NCBI GenBank assembly: GCA_030324005.1
Contig: JARDVH010000177.1
Span: 8,815,528-8,879,527, forward strand
Origin: Negaprion brevirostris
Lineage: Eukaryota
Direction of reading: 5' to 3'
DNA: 64,000 nucleotides
The notes under the pieces are model-generated. The model ran no database searches. It saw only the letters and a program-made list of their open reading frames with translations, and had not been told where the DNA came from. The translations under genes and the position numbers were made by a program. Positions 1 to 12,452 of the stretch are shown piece after piece (position 1 is the first letter of the stretch; every line of letters starts with the position of its first letter).

Positions 1-665
1 TGCTAGTGTAAAGGAGATAGAGTTATGATCACTATCCCCAAAATGCTCTCCCACCGAGAGATCTTTCACCTGTCCAGGTTCATTACCCAATACCAAATCA
101 AGTACAGCCTCTCCTCTTTTAGGCTTATCCACATACTGTGTCAGGAAACCCTCCTGAACACACCTAACAAACTCCTCCCCACCTAAACCTCTTACCCGAG
201 GGAGATTCCAATTGATATTTGGGAAATTAAAGTCTCTCATCACGACAACTCTGTTATTATTACAGCTCTCCAGGATCTATTTCTCTATCTGTTCCTCAAC
301 ATCCCTGTTACTATTGGGCGACCTATAGAAAACACCCAGTAAAGTTACTGATCCTTTCCTGTTCCGAACTGCAACCACAGAGACTCCATAGACAATCCAT
401 GGTGTCCGTCTTTTCTACAGCCGTGACACTATCTCTGATTAACGGTGCCACTCCCCCACCTCTTTTGCTTCCCTCCCTGTCCGTTCTGAAACATCTGAAA
501 CCCAGCACTTGAAGTAACCAGTCCTGTCCTTGAGTCATCCAAGTCTCTGTAATGGCCACATCACATTTCTAAGTCGTGATCCATGCTCTAAGTTCATCTG
601 TTCACAACACTCCTTGTGTTAAAATAGGCACACCTCAAACCTTCGGTCTGAGCGCTCCCTTTCCC
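1..665 (-). mobile_element. CR1-type LINE fragment, AP-endonuclease region (runs off window edge)
   Basis: ORF 323-559 reads AITETW...QDWLLQVLGFRCFRTDREG..RGGGVA, typical CR1 endonuclease motifs; frameshifted. Confidence 0.9.
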
Positions 666-1674
666 TATCACAAGTTCTGGACTAGGACATGAAACCACAA
701 CCTTACAGGTAGGAGCCAAACTGATCAAGTTCCAAGAAAATGGTGTCAGAGCACAGACCGACCCAAAGTAATGAACACCTAGGAGGCTCCACTTGTATGG
801 TGATCATGTAGACAACCATTATTGCTACATGGGAATGCACATTCTTCTACTGAGGAAATTCATAATAAACATCGTTTATGTCCATAGAGTGATGCAGATT
901 TCTGACTCTGTACTCAAAGCGTTAGGTTAGCTGGACAGTCTTTCAGTGCTTGTTCTGATACTTCAGCCAAGATAATTCTCCTTTTAGGGTAGGAGACAGC
1001 TTGTTGAATAAAGATCATTGCCTGAAATATTAATTCTGCTGTTGTTCCACAGAAGATTTTCACCACAACTCTGCATTCTTGAATTAGCATGGGGAAATGG
1101 AGACAGTGCCCATATTGCCATCCAAGTTTAGAACCACATTGGGAGCTGTATTGCATGCATTGTTAAATGAGCTCAATTAGTTTTCAAATGGAATTTGAAA
1201 TGTGTATTTAGTGTATTTCGCTAGTTACAACGAAGACATAAATACAGCAATTTGCAGAACCAATCTGCAAGATACTACCTTTCATTTGACAACTCAATTC
1301 TTCCATTAATCTGTAAAGTGTTGAGCCTGATTATCCAGGCTTGGTATTCAAGGAGAGAGAAAACAGAACTAGCCATGGTGCAGAAAGTTTCTCTATAGAC
1401 ATTTGTAGGCAGTAGAGGAAAAACACAGCTGGAGTGAGTGAGTGATCAGCACGCGGTGGGAAACTGGCCTTTTCCATGAAGTTTTGATCTTTTTGTGTGT
1501 TCTGCAGCCTTTTTATCATCTTGTCAAGAGTTGCAAAAAATTCAATTGATCTAGGAGGTAAGGAATTCCAATTAGGCCACTGGATCAACAATTGGTGAAA
1601 AAAGTCCACAAAATGATTTGGTGAACTGTCCTTGGGTTAAAGCCAGCACTGTACATCAGAACTACTGCAGCATA

Positions 1675-2490
1675 AACACAAGTTATGGATGAGGAAGGCC
1701 ATTTGGCCCATTTGAATTCACCCACCCAGAATGATCTGGAACCTCTCCCACTGCAAAATCCAAACAGTTCCTGATGTTTTTGTTCCAGATTCTACCATCT
1801 GGAGCATTTAGTCTTTATCACAGATATTTGGTTCTACTACACTTTCTGGAAGCCTGTTCCACAAATTGAATACATATTTGTAACAGTGTGACACGCTTTG
1901 GATATTGTGAAGAAGCTTAGACTTTTTTTAAAATAAAAATCGGGTATTTATTGATAACAAGAAACTATACACAAGTGGTTGCAGCCCAAGGCTGCCTGGC
2001 GAATGATCCAGCCCATTATATGGCTGCCAGATGTATTCTAACCGAGACAGGACTTTACCCTCTGGGATGGTCACTTGCCCTCCGTTGCTCTTGGCTCCTC
2101 AAGCCTGCTAACACACTCCCGTTTTGTCTTACAAGAGACTGACCCCATAAGCAATACAATAATGATGTGAAAATAAGTACTTTCTAATATCAGTCATAAA
2201 TTTATCAATAATTCAAATATTTTTCTATGTTCATATTTTAATATGACATAGTATTATGTATGACCTTCTCCATTCTCTTATCTCTATACCTCACCTAGGT
2301 TGGAAAACCTCTAGTCTAGCTTCATAACTCAAGTGAAACACTAGGGACCAGCCTCATAGCTCCTATCTGCACTCCCATTACTTTAACATCCCCTTCATAC
2401 CTTGGTGACTATTAGTGCAGGCAGTTGAGATCTCATTAGGCCACTATATAATTAGACCATAACTTCCTCCAATTGTATTCTAGTGTTTTA
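1675..2490 (-). mobile_element. Old CR1-like 3' fragments interrupted by a ~280-bp insertion (about 1880-2158)
   Basis: gaggaaggccatttggccca tail-like sequence and decayed CR1 3' sequence on both sides of an unrelated TG...CA-bounded block. Confidence 0.4.
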
Positions 2491-3471
2491 GCGCTTGCGT
2501 TCTGCACGAGTTAGACAATGCTTAGCCTCCAAAGACTCTGGTTTCTTTAGTTTCGTCTGGGTTATTTCAAAAGCTTATGAGCAAACGTATTGCTTATTTT
2601 CCTCTTTATTGACTGCACTTATAGGCCATTTAATTTCATGTGCGACTATTTTGTGTACACACTGGATCCAGAAGATCAGAAATTACAACTGGCCTTCGAA
2701 GAATGATACCGATTGCAAATTTGAGGACTTTGCATTGAGTTATGGAACAAGTGACCCCAACTCAGATGTGCAGTCCCCAACTTGGAACTCCCCACCCAGA
2801 TTGAATTCCTCCAACTAAGTATTGGTTACTTATCCATCAGCCAGTTTTTTATTCAATTGAAGGGATTGTCTGGAATTTAACAGCCTCTTATGCTGAACTT
2901 GGTCAGACCTCTTTTGATGGGGTAGAGGTACACAGTCATACACTCTCCAGAGCTCACTTCTGACATCATTACTAGAAAGAAATTCAGGTATTTGACAGAC
3001 CCCCTTCAGGACTGATTGTTGTTCACCCCAACACATTCAAATTAAAAAAAAACAAGAACTTAAAATAGCACAGATTAATAACTGCATGAGGATTGGAGGA
3101 AAAGCATACACCATTATACCAGAGGCAGGAAGGGCGGGTTTCTGTGACTAGCACACTGCAAGGCTGAATACAGAATGGTTGCTTCTGGCAACGTTAGCTT
3201 CTAAGTAACTGCCATTTTGTTGCAGAATTTTAACACGAAAAGATGTTGCACTATATTTAATGCAGTTAAATAAACAATTGAACTTTGCAACTGATGTTTT
3301 ACAGAAATAGTCAAGTCATTGCATAAACGAGAAAGGAAAGAAAATTACAATACAACACTGAGTGTGACATATACTCGTCTCAAGGGCAGATCAAGTTACT
3401 CGTTGCATAAACATGCCAATGCTTAGTGCCAGTCANNNNNNNNNNNNNNNNNNNNNNNNNNNNNNNNTCAC

Positions 3472-3504
3472 CTATAAAATGCCAATCTGGGACTGCACGA
3501 TGAT
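3472..3504 (-). CDS. Candidate 33-nt exon, phase 1-1, (D)HRAVPDWHFI
   Basis: Minus strand: gtttgttttttccattgcttag|ATCATCGTGCAGTCCCAGATTGGCATTTTATAG|gtga, then an N gap; length divisible by 3, open in phase 1, stop in phase 0. Confidence 0.5.
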   Translation of the reverse strand: MIVQSQIGIL

Positions 3505-5607
3505 CTAAGCAATGGAAAAAACAAACTATTCCATATTCCACTCCAAATTCTAACACTAAAATATCTACTGTACTACAGCGCAAACCATTCACAATTCATG
3601 TTTTGCAATAAAGAATCTCAAGAAAAACATGGAGCAATGAAACAAAATTAATGCGGGTTTCTTTTTTTGATGAAAACATACCAGGATTCGCAACCCTAGG
3701 TTACGATCAAAATATCCGACAGGAGAGGAAGTAGATGGTGTGTGAAATAACCACTCAGAATATCTAACTACAAATTAGCACATTCTTCTGCACACCAACA
3801 GGGAGCAGCAACGAGGCTGTGAATTGGAGACCACTGGTACTCCAGTAAGTGCTTCTAGAATTTTCTGTGAAAGAATCTGATTCTGTATATTAGATACAGC
3901 AGCTACAGTGATATAGATTTTACTGCATTATAACTTTTCTTCCACCTATAACTACACAGCAAAAACAGGCTACTATAATTTTATCACCGATTATCCAATC
4001 TCTTCTGATACCCATGTTACACAGTACAAACATACAATGGATCCTTTGTCACGCTGTTGTTTTTCACTGTCCGTGGTGCGTTTTTCAGCAACTTAGAGAG
4101 TCAGACAGCCAGCCACTGTAGAGGGAACATGAGAACACTGACCACCGGAAAGAGGTGGGGCCTACATAAACAAAAAGGAATGGCTTGTGCTTTGCTAATA
4201 CTAGCCTGTTTCCCCAAATGTTTACCTCGGGTAGCACTTTCTGCCTCATTAACCCTCGGTATCAGAATGCAACAATCCAGATATCTGGCCAGGTTAATTT
4301 AAATTGGATAGATATCGTAAGCATACGGAATGCATTTTGAAGTTACAAAGGATATTCAGCCTGTCTGATAAAATACCGTATTCCGTTAGGTATGTAATTT
4401 AATAATGTAACATTCTTTATTTAACAAACAGCAGCGGCATATAAAATTAAGATAAAAGATCATCTGTGCCAGAAGTTCCTTTTTAAACCATGGTAATGAA
4501 GCACAGCACTTTTCCTGGATTGCTCTGGCAAGTTCATTTTCCAGTTGTTGCTAGCTGCTCAAGACCCATTCATCAGTAAGTGTGTGGCAGTTGAAGGTAC
4601 AAACCCAAAACAACAAAGCAGGAAAATTTCTCAAAACCATTTGGAAGAACCTATGGTTTTTAATTTGGCTTTCAAAACAATTTCTTTGCAGCAACCAGCT
4701 ATTTTTACACTGCACTGACTTACTAAATTGAGGTGAATTCCCAACAGCAATGGTCAAGCACCTATTTTGAGGCAGGTAAAAAGTTAATTTAGGGCAAATG
4801 GGATGGCAACATTTACCAAGAAAGCAAATGTTAATTGGTAATTCTCAAAAATAAATTTATTACTGCATGACAAATTGTGACTCCCCAACTTTAAACCTCA
4901 CCTGAATTTAGAATCATACTATTAAGATTTACCAAATGTTAGCATTCTTTCTCCCCTCAGTTCCTTGCTGTCACTTCACAGCTTCAATTTGATAATCCAA
5001 GTCCCCTGAAGTGCCTCACTAGTCACTTAATTTGACCCAATGTCAGGCTGAATGAAATCTTTTCTTCTATCCCTACAATGTACTTTGTACTCTTGAAAAT
5101 GTCTTCCTCCTGCCAGCTAACTCTCCCACTATTTTCTCATGAGAAAAGAACATATATTAAATGCCACCTAACCAGTTTATTTTTTTCAAAGCACATTTCT
5201 CACCACCAGTTGTGTACAATAGCAAGAACAATTCGCAATCCCAACCTTGGGAGCGGGAAGTATCATTTTACAGCCGATGGGTTAGACAAGTTGCTAAAAT
5301 GCCACTAATGCAAGGAATTTTGAATAGCTACACAAGATAAATATACAAGTGTGCAGAACTGGCCAAAAGATCTGAAGGATCTTTTCTGCCCCTGCTCTTT
5401 GCATGTAACACATGGGATCTCAAATCGATATACAGGGAGAAACAAAAAAAAATCATGTGATATGGTTTAACTGCAGAATGGGAAGTGGAATTTGGCCAGT
5501 GCAGCTATAATTGTATGCCAAGTTCTATTTTGAAAAAGGTCATTTCCCCTTAATGTGCAGCAAACCCCGCAGCCATATAATCTCCTCTGGCTGTTCACTC
5601 CTCATAA

Positions 5608-5625
5608 TGACACCAGAGGGCACTC
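5608..5625 (+). promoter_or_regulatory. Candidate CTCF site
   Basis: tgacaccagagggcactc is close to the CCACCAGAGGGCRC core. Confidence 0.45.
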
Positions 5626-6147
5626 TCGCTTACCAGCTAAATGCCAGTTTTCACCAGAGTATCTCCAAGCACAAATGTGTCACTGTCACTGGAATTTTTA
5701 AAAATAGCATCGTCGGTGCATTAACTCGATAATGATTCTTTTGTTTTCCAACATGCATATACAGGGCATGTGAACCTTTCACAGGACGAACAAACTGTAC
5801 CCTTAGACAGAGGCTGGGCCAAACGCAACATGCCCAGTTTTGAAAAAGGCACCAAACTTGATTCTGACCAGCAGAGCTGTCATGGTTTACTTAATCATAA
5901 GAAAGTGTTCTCACATTCTAAATTTGTTTCATGCTATTTACTTCCATTAAGAGGACCTTTGCACCTTTAAGCCTCTGCAGTAATGCATTTGCAATCATCT
6001 CTCATTGGTAGTTAAATCCATATATTGTGAAATGGCAACTAAGATTTTGCACACTTTGTCATTTGGTAAACAGTGGATCTTTTTGGTAACATGCAGTGAA
6101 ATGCTGCAGAACATGCAGCAAATCTTCCAAGTTGAGCTCGCCGTCAT

Positions 6148-6209
6148 AGGGGATTTTCACAGTAACTTTGTTGCAGTGTTAATGTAAGCCTGCTTGTGAC
6201 ACTAATAAA
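6148..6209 (+). mobile_element. Isolated SINE 3' tail
   Basis: ggggattttcacagtaactttgttgcagtgttaatgtaagcctgcttgtgacactaataaa; same tail at ~24972, 57001, 57410 and 58578. Confidence 0.85.
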
Positions 6210-7533
6210 TGAACTCAAAAACAGATTTGGCCATTGCCACCCACGGTTTCTAAACTTCATTAATTCACCAACATTTATGATAGTCTGCCCCATGACGTGT
6301 TATATCGAGTGGATTACTGATATTTGCATTCAATTAGTGACTTAGACAATCAGGATACGAACTCATTTTTGCCCTTGGCTGGAACAATGGGCATGTGGCA
6401 AGGATTAGTTCCATAACACTAAATCCGTCATAACCAAATTCTGCTACTGTTAAGAACACTGAAATGTAACTTGTAAATATTCCGTAATCTCGGCCTTGTA
6501 ATTTGAAGAGATAAAAGGGAAGTGCTAAACAACGATCATCCATCTGCCCCTCCAGCAGCAAACGTGGGAAGGCCTGCCATCATCAGTGGATAAGATCTAC
6601 CTTGTGGGCTATTCATGGTAATCTATTTTGCTGCAGTCAACAAGTCTTGCAATATATGGTGTTACATGAAGGCCAAATAATGCAAAGCACTTAAACAAAA
6701 TCTGCACTTTCATAACCTGCAATACATTCAATTGAATTTTAACAGGGAAAAAATTCACATGCCACCATGCTGACATTCAAGTCATCTTACTTAAAGCAAG
6801 TCCAGGCACGGTTTTCTTGCTTTGGTGTTAGATTACGAAAGATCCGCCACTGAGGGTTCTTCATTAAAAAGCTGATTAAATTCTCAAACAAAAAGGAAAG
6901 ATAATGCAAACAACATCTTAAAATCACTGCAGTTTCAAAAAGCTAGCTCACACAAAGCTGTTTAACTGCGAGGCGGTAAGCTCAATTAAAGCAAAACAAA
7001 AAAAAAATCAGAATAAAAACACCCACTTGCTGAGATGGGGCAACTGTAAACAAACCCAGCGGACAATGGGGTTACAGGTAACCATGCTGCTAATCTGCCA
7101 CTTCCCACACCTGCCCCCCCTCCCCCAACATTAATGAAAAACATGGCCAAAATTTGATCCCAATTAAATTGGTTTCATCTATCCCATGATGCATCAACAT
7201 ATCTTCCACATTTGTAATCCTTGCTTGCTGTATGTGATAAAATTACTTTGAAATGGTGGTGGTGGGGGTGGAAAAACGGGTCAGAGAAATATCTTCAGTT
7301 TGAAATAACAAAGTTGTCACATTTGCTCATTATTTCACTGGTTCGATGCAACTAGACCCACAGAGCTTTAACCCTGAAGTGTGGAAAATGCTGTTATGTC
7401 AAAAAATTTCTCCCAATTGCATACACATTCTGTTGATGAATGCAGTTTGCGGAATATATGATGCGCCATAAAATAAACTTAAAATAAAATTTCTGAATTG
7501 TGGATAAACAAATGCAAAAATATTTGGACATAC

Positions 7534-7558
7534 CCATGAGGGAGCCCCCTGCAGCCAT
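7534..7558 (-). CDS. Coding part of a candidate alternative first exon, MAAGGSLM plus a phase-1 base
   Basis: Minus strand: acaaaATGGCTGCAGGGGGCTCCCTCATGG|gtatgt; A at -3, G at +4, in-frame upstream TGA, good donor. Confidence 0.5.
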
Positions 7559-7800
7559 TTTGTAACTCAGTCAGTCTCAGCAACGGCAGCAAAAAAAAGA
7601 GACCTCACCTTCTTTGAAGTCACAGNNNNNNNNNNAATGAAGACCGGCTGTCTGATAGGTCTGCATAATCAAGGTTGCAACAGCCAATAAAGGAACTGCT
7701 CAGAGCTGAGCAATCAGCAGTGAGCCCTGCGAAGTTTGCCTGGCAACAAGACCGAGGGGTAAAAGGAGGTTGATTATATGGTAATGAAAGGAGGGTGTGA
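7559..7800 (-). promoter_or_regulatory. Candidate 5' UTR and internal promoter
   Basis: Second donor AAG|gtgagg at 7609; CCAAT box (cagccaat ~7681-7688); RFX-like cctggcaac ~7739-7747; YY1-type AAAATGGC over the ATG; transposon-free surroundings. Confidence 0.4.
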
Positions 7801-9739
7801 AATAGAGAAATATTGCGAGAAACTGGAGATAATCAGAACTAGTTACAAAAATTGATTTGCTTTAATAATATAAACAATTGCAAAATTAAAAAAAAACCTT
7901 TCCCAATCTGGTTTACTCGAACACACTGTCTACTGCAGTAGGAAAAGCTTCGCTAATCGATTAACATGATTAGAAAAAGCTGCACATCTTTGCACAGGGA
8001 TAACACGCTGCATATAGGATATCACTCTGGATGCAACAGCTCTTTCAGCACCTCAGAATTTCCCCACGAAACAGCTTTAAACATGCCAAGAGGCTACACC
8101 ATATTTGCCTAAACAGCAGCTCATACTACACCTGTGCCTCAATTCCCTCGTGACATTAGTTGAGTGACCTACAATTCAAAATAATGATCTCAAATACCCT
8201 CAGCCTGGTTTCCCTTGTAGGCTCCTCCTCTCATCCACAACAAATACAAACAAGTTACATGGGTGTACTTGGAGCATGGGTGTGGAAGGAGGAAGAGAAA
8301 GATAGACATGAAAATATCTAGGAGAGAATCACTTACATGATCCATTTTCATATATCTGACAATACTATAACCACCCATAACCCACAAGTTCACCTATAAA
8401 ACACTATTAGTTACAGCCACTAACATTTGAGATGCTCCCAATCACAATGAACATCCACGGTTGTTCTAGAAAGCACTCAGCCACTTTATTTTTTATTTGT
8501 GGTGCTTCAAGGTCACTCACTACGCAACTGGCAAAACTATTCTGTGAATAATCTTGTACACACAAAAAAGAAACTTGAGCTCCTCGCTGCAACAGACTTT
8601 TCTAGTGAATTTGGTCAATTAAGTTGCCACACCATCTGTTGACATTGAAAAATGTGCTGTAATAACTGTTTGTCGGGGGGAGGTTAAATGCTGGTCAGTT
8701 TGGTTGGTGACCTCCTAACCCTCAAGACAACATACTGGAAACCCATGTAATTATCAGATAGTCATATGCATTACAGCCACCATTGCTAACTTTAATTTTC
8801 ATTACTAGCCACAGTAACATTCCAGTAAAAATTGAAAGGTAGCTACAAACGTGCATATGTAATATCTAATTATATTCATAATTGATTTAGTGTCCAGAAC
8901 TGACAAATACTGGTGGACCTGAATCCATTTCACAGTCCTTTATAGTTCTCCTTCATTCAGCTGGTTTAGGGTGCTACATCAGATTGAGCAGTCTGAATTT
9001 CAACATCAACCCTTTCAGTAGTTGCAGTGTACAGTGCACATATCAGCTGCTAGGCTATAAACACCAGCGCTGCTTCCTGTTTTTAGTGTACATAACAAGA
9101 GGAATGAGACAAACGGCCACTGGCAAGCATTTGTTTGCCCTGAAATTAACAAATGACATGAGGAAAAGCTTTAAATGGGCCTGGTGACGACATCCCTCAC
9201 CAAATGCTCCAAATCTGTAATTGGAATTTGTTGAGATAAATCAGAAGTCAGCACAATAAGTATACCCAAAAACAATTCACTCATTTCATAAGTTTCCCTT
9301 ATGCAATGAGGTGCAAGATTACAAAGTGTAATTTATAAGCTTCTTTTGGGCTATAATTTACCCTCATGATTTTATGATTTACCCTATGATTTTATGATAT
9401 ACTCAGCCACAAGTACAAGCAGCCCAATGCAACCAAGGCTCAAGTGTTTTTGAAAGGAATGCTTCCTTAATAAAATTATGTTTACACTTGATCAGGTAAA
9501 GGGAACAAAAATAGCACCAGGTATCCAACTTATTTTTGAGATTTTTCCTGAAACATTGGGATAATGTTAACCCACTTTTACATTTTCTTAAGGCAAGTCA
9601 ATGTGGTTGTAACCACTAGTTTATCTACATGCACAATAATTAGCTTTTAAAAAGCTTTAATTATTGCCTCAAGCAGCAAGTCACTGCAACAGGTACCACA
9701 AAGATGCAGATTCCTATCAGGATTACATTAGAACTGGAA

Positions 9740-9965
9740 ATACACAGTAACATGACAGGACTTTAAAATTATGAAAGGATGGTGTAGGGTACACGGAGAG
9801 GAGATTTAGGACCAAAAGTAGGGGAAACATTTAAAAAAACAAGGGAGAGTGGAATTTGAGATGAAGTAAAGACAGTGTCAACATTTTAAGAATGGGTTAG
9901 ATAAGTGATTGAAGGAAAGGGGAATGAAAGGTTTGTAGAATCAGGGCATACATGCAGGACTAGGA
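9740..9965 (+). mobile_element. Old CR1-like 3' fragment
   Basis: acatgacaggactttaaaattatgaaagg...ttttaagaatgggttagataag resembles the CR1 ORF2 end and 3' UTR. Confidence 0.5.
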
Positions 9966-10789
9966 TGAACAGTAGATATGTCAAGGTAGCAAATTCTTTA
10001 CTATTTTGGTAGGTCCAAGATGATTGGGGAAATTTTGCGACTGTGTCACCCCTGGCCTCCCTCTGGGAATGGTGAAAGTTGCAATTCTGACGCAGTTGAT
10101 CCTTGCATTCTGAGCCAAATTTCAGTGCTTACCTCCACATGGGGTGGTTGGGTGTTTTGCAAGAGAGGATTTTCATTGCATAGAATTAAATAGCAATCAT
10201 TAGTGAACAAAAACCCTACAAATTGCTAGTTTTGCTGCTACCAATTCAAATGCAATCAACATGAGCTGCCAGTTCTGTGGGTGTCTATGCAGATATCTCC
10301 AAGATACTTCAGTCATGAAGACCTACAGCAGAACACTTAAAGCTTGGCATAATTGAACAACAAGGAATCTGGACACAAATATGCTCTATCATAATTCCAT
10401 GTTTATGTACATCTTTCATTTCCCTTTCTTTCAATTACCTAACTAACCTATTCTCAAAATCTTCAATCTGCTTCAATCTCAAATTTCAGTCTCAATTGTT
10501 ACTTAAAAATGTTTCTCCTACTTTCAAGCCTAAATGCCTTGCATTTATACGTTCAACTTCACAACAATTTAGCACTCTGAAATTTCACGGGGCCCACGAT
10601 TCTGGGACAAAGTAGTTGTTCATCCAAAGAGGGAGAATACTTGATAATAAAATGAGTTGTTGCTGGAAGAAAGAGGGACCACAACTAAGATCAAGAACTT
10701 AATAGAGCTAGATGAGCTGAAGGTATTTTTCTGCATCCCTGGGTTACAGCAGATGCAAGTGGGCTACTACATCTGGTTCACTCGGTATA

Positions 10790-12290
10790 TGATAGGAGGT
10801 TCACCATGGGGAATGAGGAGAAGGCGACTCCTATTCCACCTAATTGTGCCTTCAAGGATATGTATCAAGCAAGACAATCAGTGATCTTCATCCCTCTGGA
10901 CAACGATGCCTTCTCTATCAAAGTCCTTGATCCAAACCTTGTCACTTCTGTTTAATTTGGGCAGATTGCGAGCACAGTACATCCTACTGCAAGTGGAAAC
11001 ACGTCACTTTAAGCGTGTTCGTGGTCCTGAACTCTGATGATCCCCAACTACCAACCTTGGGATGAATTTATTCAGCAGCATGAGAAGATGAGGATCAAAT
11101 TTTCTGCCCATTAGCAGCCTGATGGGGCTAATCCACATTATAGCAGGGTGGATCTAGATGTTAAAAAGCACAATTGTTGTCATTTTTCCAAGAAGGTTTT
11201 AATCATGCAGATATTACTTTCTGCCTCATTGTTAGAGCGTGGATATCGTGGAAAGCAGATGAAGTGTTGAAATCCATAATTGCTGAAAAAAGTGAGGTAT
11301 GTATTAGAAAATTGCAGCCCATTGTTGGAAATCAGTTGGTCCAAGATGCCATGGCTCTCAAACGTTTCTCTCAGTGACCTTGTGACTGACCGTGGTCATT
11401 GTGTAAATGATTCACTTCAATCCATTGAGAGAAATAGTCAATGACAAGGGAAGATCTGCCGTTGTATGTGAATAGATTCATTCTCAAATGTTCCCATGGT
11501 CTGGCAGGGAGCAGTGTGGGGATAAGGGACTCCCCTTCTAGATTGGTTTGTGCAGCACACACACACACACAGCAGTTTAAAATCATCTCTTCAATTGCTC
11601 TCAATACTTTTGCACACCACACTGCAGACCAGGCTCATGCTCTGCATCTGTGATGCCCAAGAGGCATTGGTGGAATCACTGTAGAACCTCAGGCCAGAAT
11701 GAGAAAACAATGACCAAGCACTCCTCATACTACAGATCCATCAAAAATAATGAAGTGTTTCTGGAAGTAAATTTTCATAATATTGCCACCTGGATGCTGC
11801 AACCAACATCAGGCAGGCATAGGAGGCACGTATACTCTTCATCTCACATCTGCTCCTGGTTTACCTGATGAAGCTTGCATTGTCAAAATCTGCTGTCTGC
11901 GTGCTGCACAAACCAACCAATCTAGAAGGGAATTCCCTTATCTGCATGCTGCTTCCTACCAGGCATGGGAACATTTGGGAATGAACCTATCCATATACAA
12001 CGGCAGGTCTTCTCTTGTCATTTTTGACTATTTCTCAAAATGGATTGAAGTGAACTTGAGCTTGTCGACCAGACTGACAGTGTTGCAGGATGGTTGACTG
12101 CGGCCCTGGCCGGTGCCTCCAGAGTCTTCTGATGCTGTCGCTGGAAGCACACAAATCCTGTATGCCAAGTGCATGAAATGCAAGCAGAATCTCAATGCTG
12201 GAGGTATCCCGATGGGTTTGTTTGCCTTAAAAGTGAGACCAATGGTTTGTGATCTGTCTTGTTGATTACCTTTATTCCAACAATGTAGTC
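10790..12290 (-). mobile_element. Decayed Gypsy LTR-retrotransposon pol (RNase H end and integrase)
   Basis: Minus-strand translation gives KTDHKPLVSLL (RNase H), LGIT..AVW (zinc-binding region), PTLLPARPWEHL..LFTYNG..LVIDYFSQWIEV (integrase core) and DKVWIKD..GTIRWNRSRL (C-terminus); many stops and frameshifts. Confidence 0.85.
11411..12054. repeat. Inverted repeat, arms 11411-11575 and 11890-12054
   Basis: ttcacttcaatccatt...tgcagcac is the diverged reverse complement of gtgctgcaca...aatggattgaagtgaa; both arms translate to the same integrase segment on opposite strands. Confidence 0.92.
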
Positions 12291-12319
12291 ACAGAACTTC
12301 TCACAAACCCATGATAGAT

Positions 12320-12452
12320 CAAGGATGAGAAAAATGGGGAAATAGCACAGAAAAGGAGTCGAGGCTGGCATAAATCAGCCATGATCCTATTGCATGCCAG
12401 GGCAGGCTTAAAGGGCCTGATGGTCCCCTCCTGCTTCTATTTCTTGTATTGT
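12320..12452 (+). mobile_element. CR1-type 3' tail
   Basis: atcagccatgatcctattg...ggcaggcttaaagggcctgatggtcccctcctgcttctatttcttgt. Confidence 0.75.

Noticed and set aside
5634-5688. 55-nt candidate exon with donor CTG|gtaagc
   Set aside because: Stops in all three frames and a poor pyrimidine tract
8337-8393. 57-nt candidate exon ending cat|gtaagt
   Set aside because: Weak acceptor; open only in phase 0; no other support
9357-9398. About 20-bp tandem duplication
   Set aside because: Ordinary slippage product
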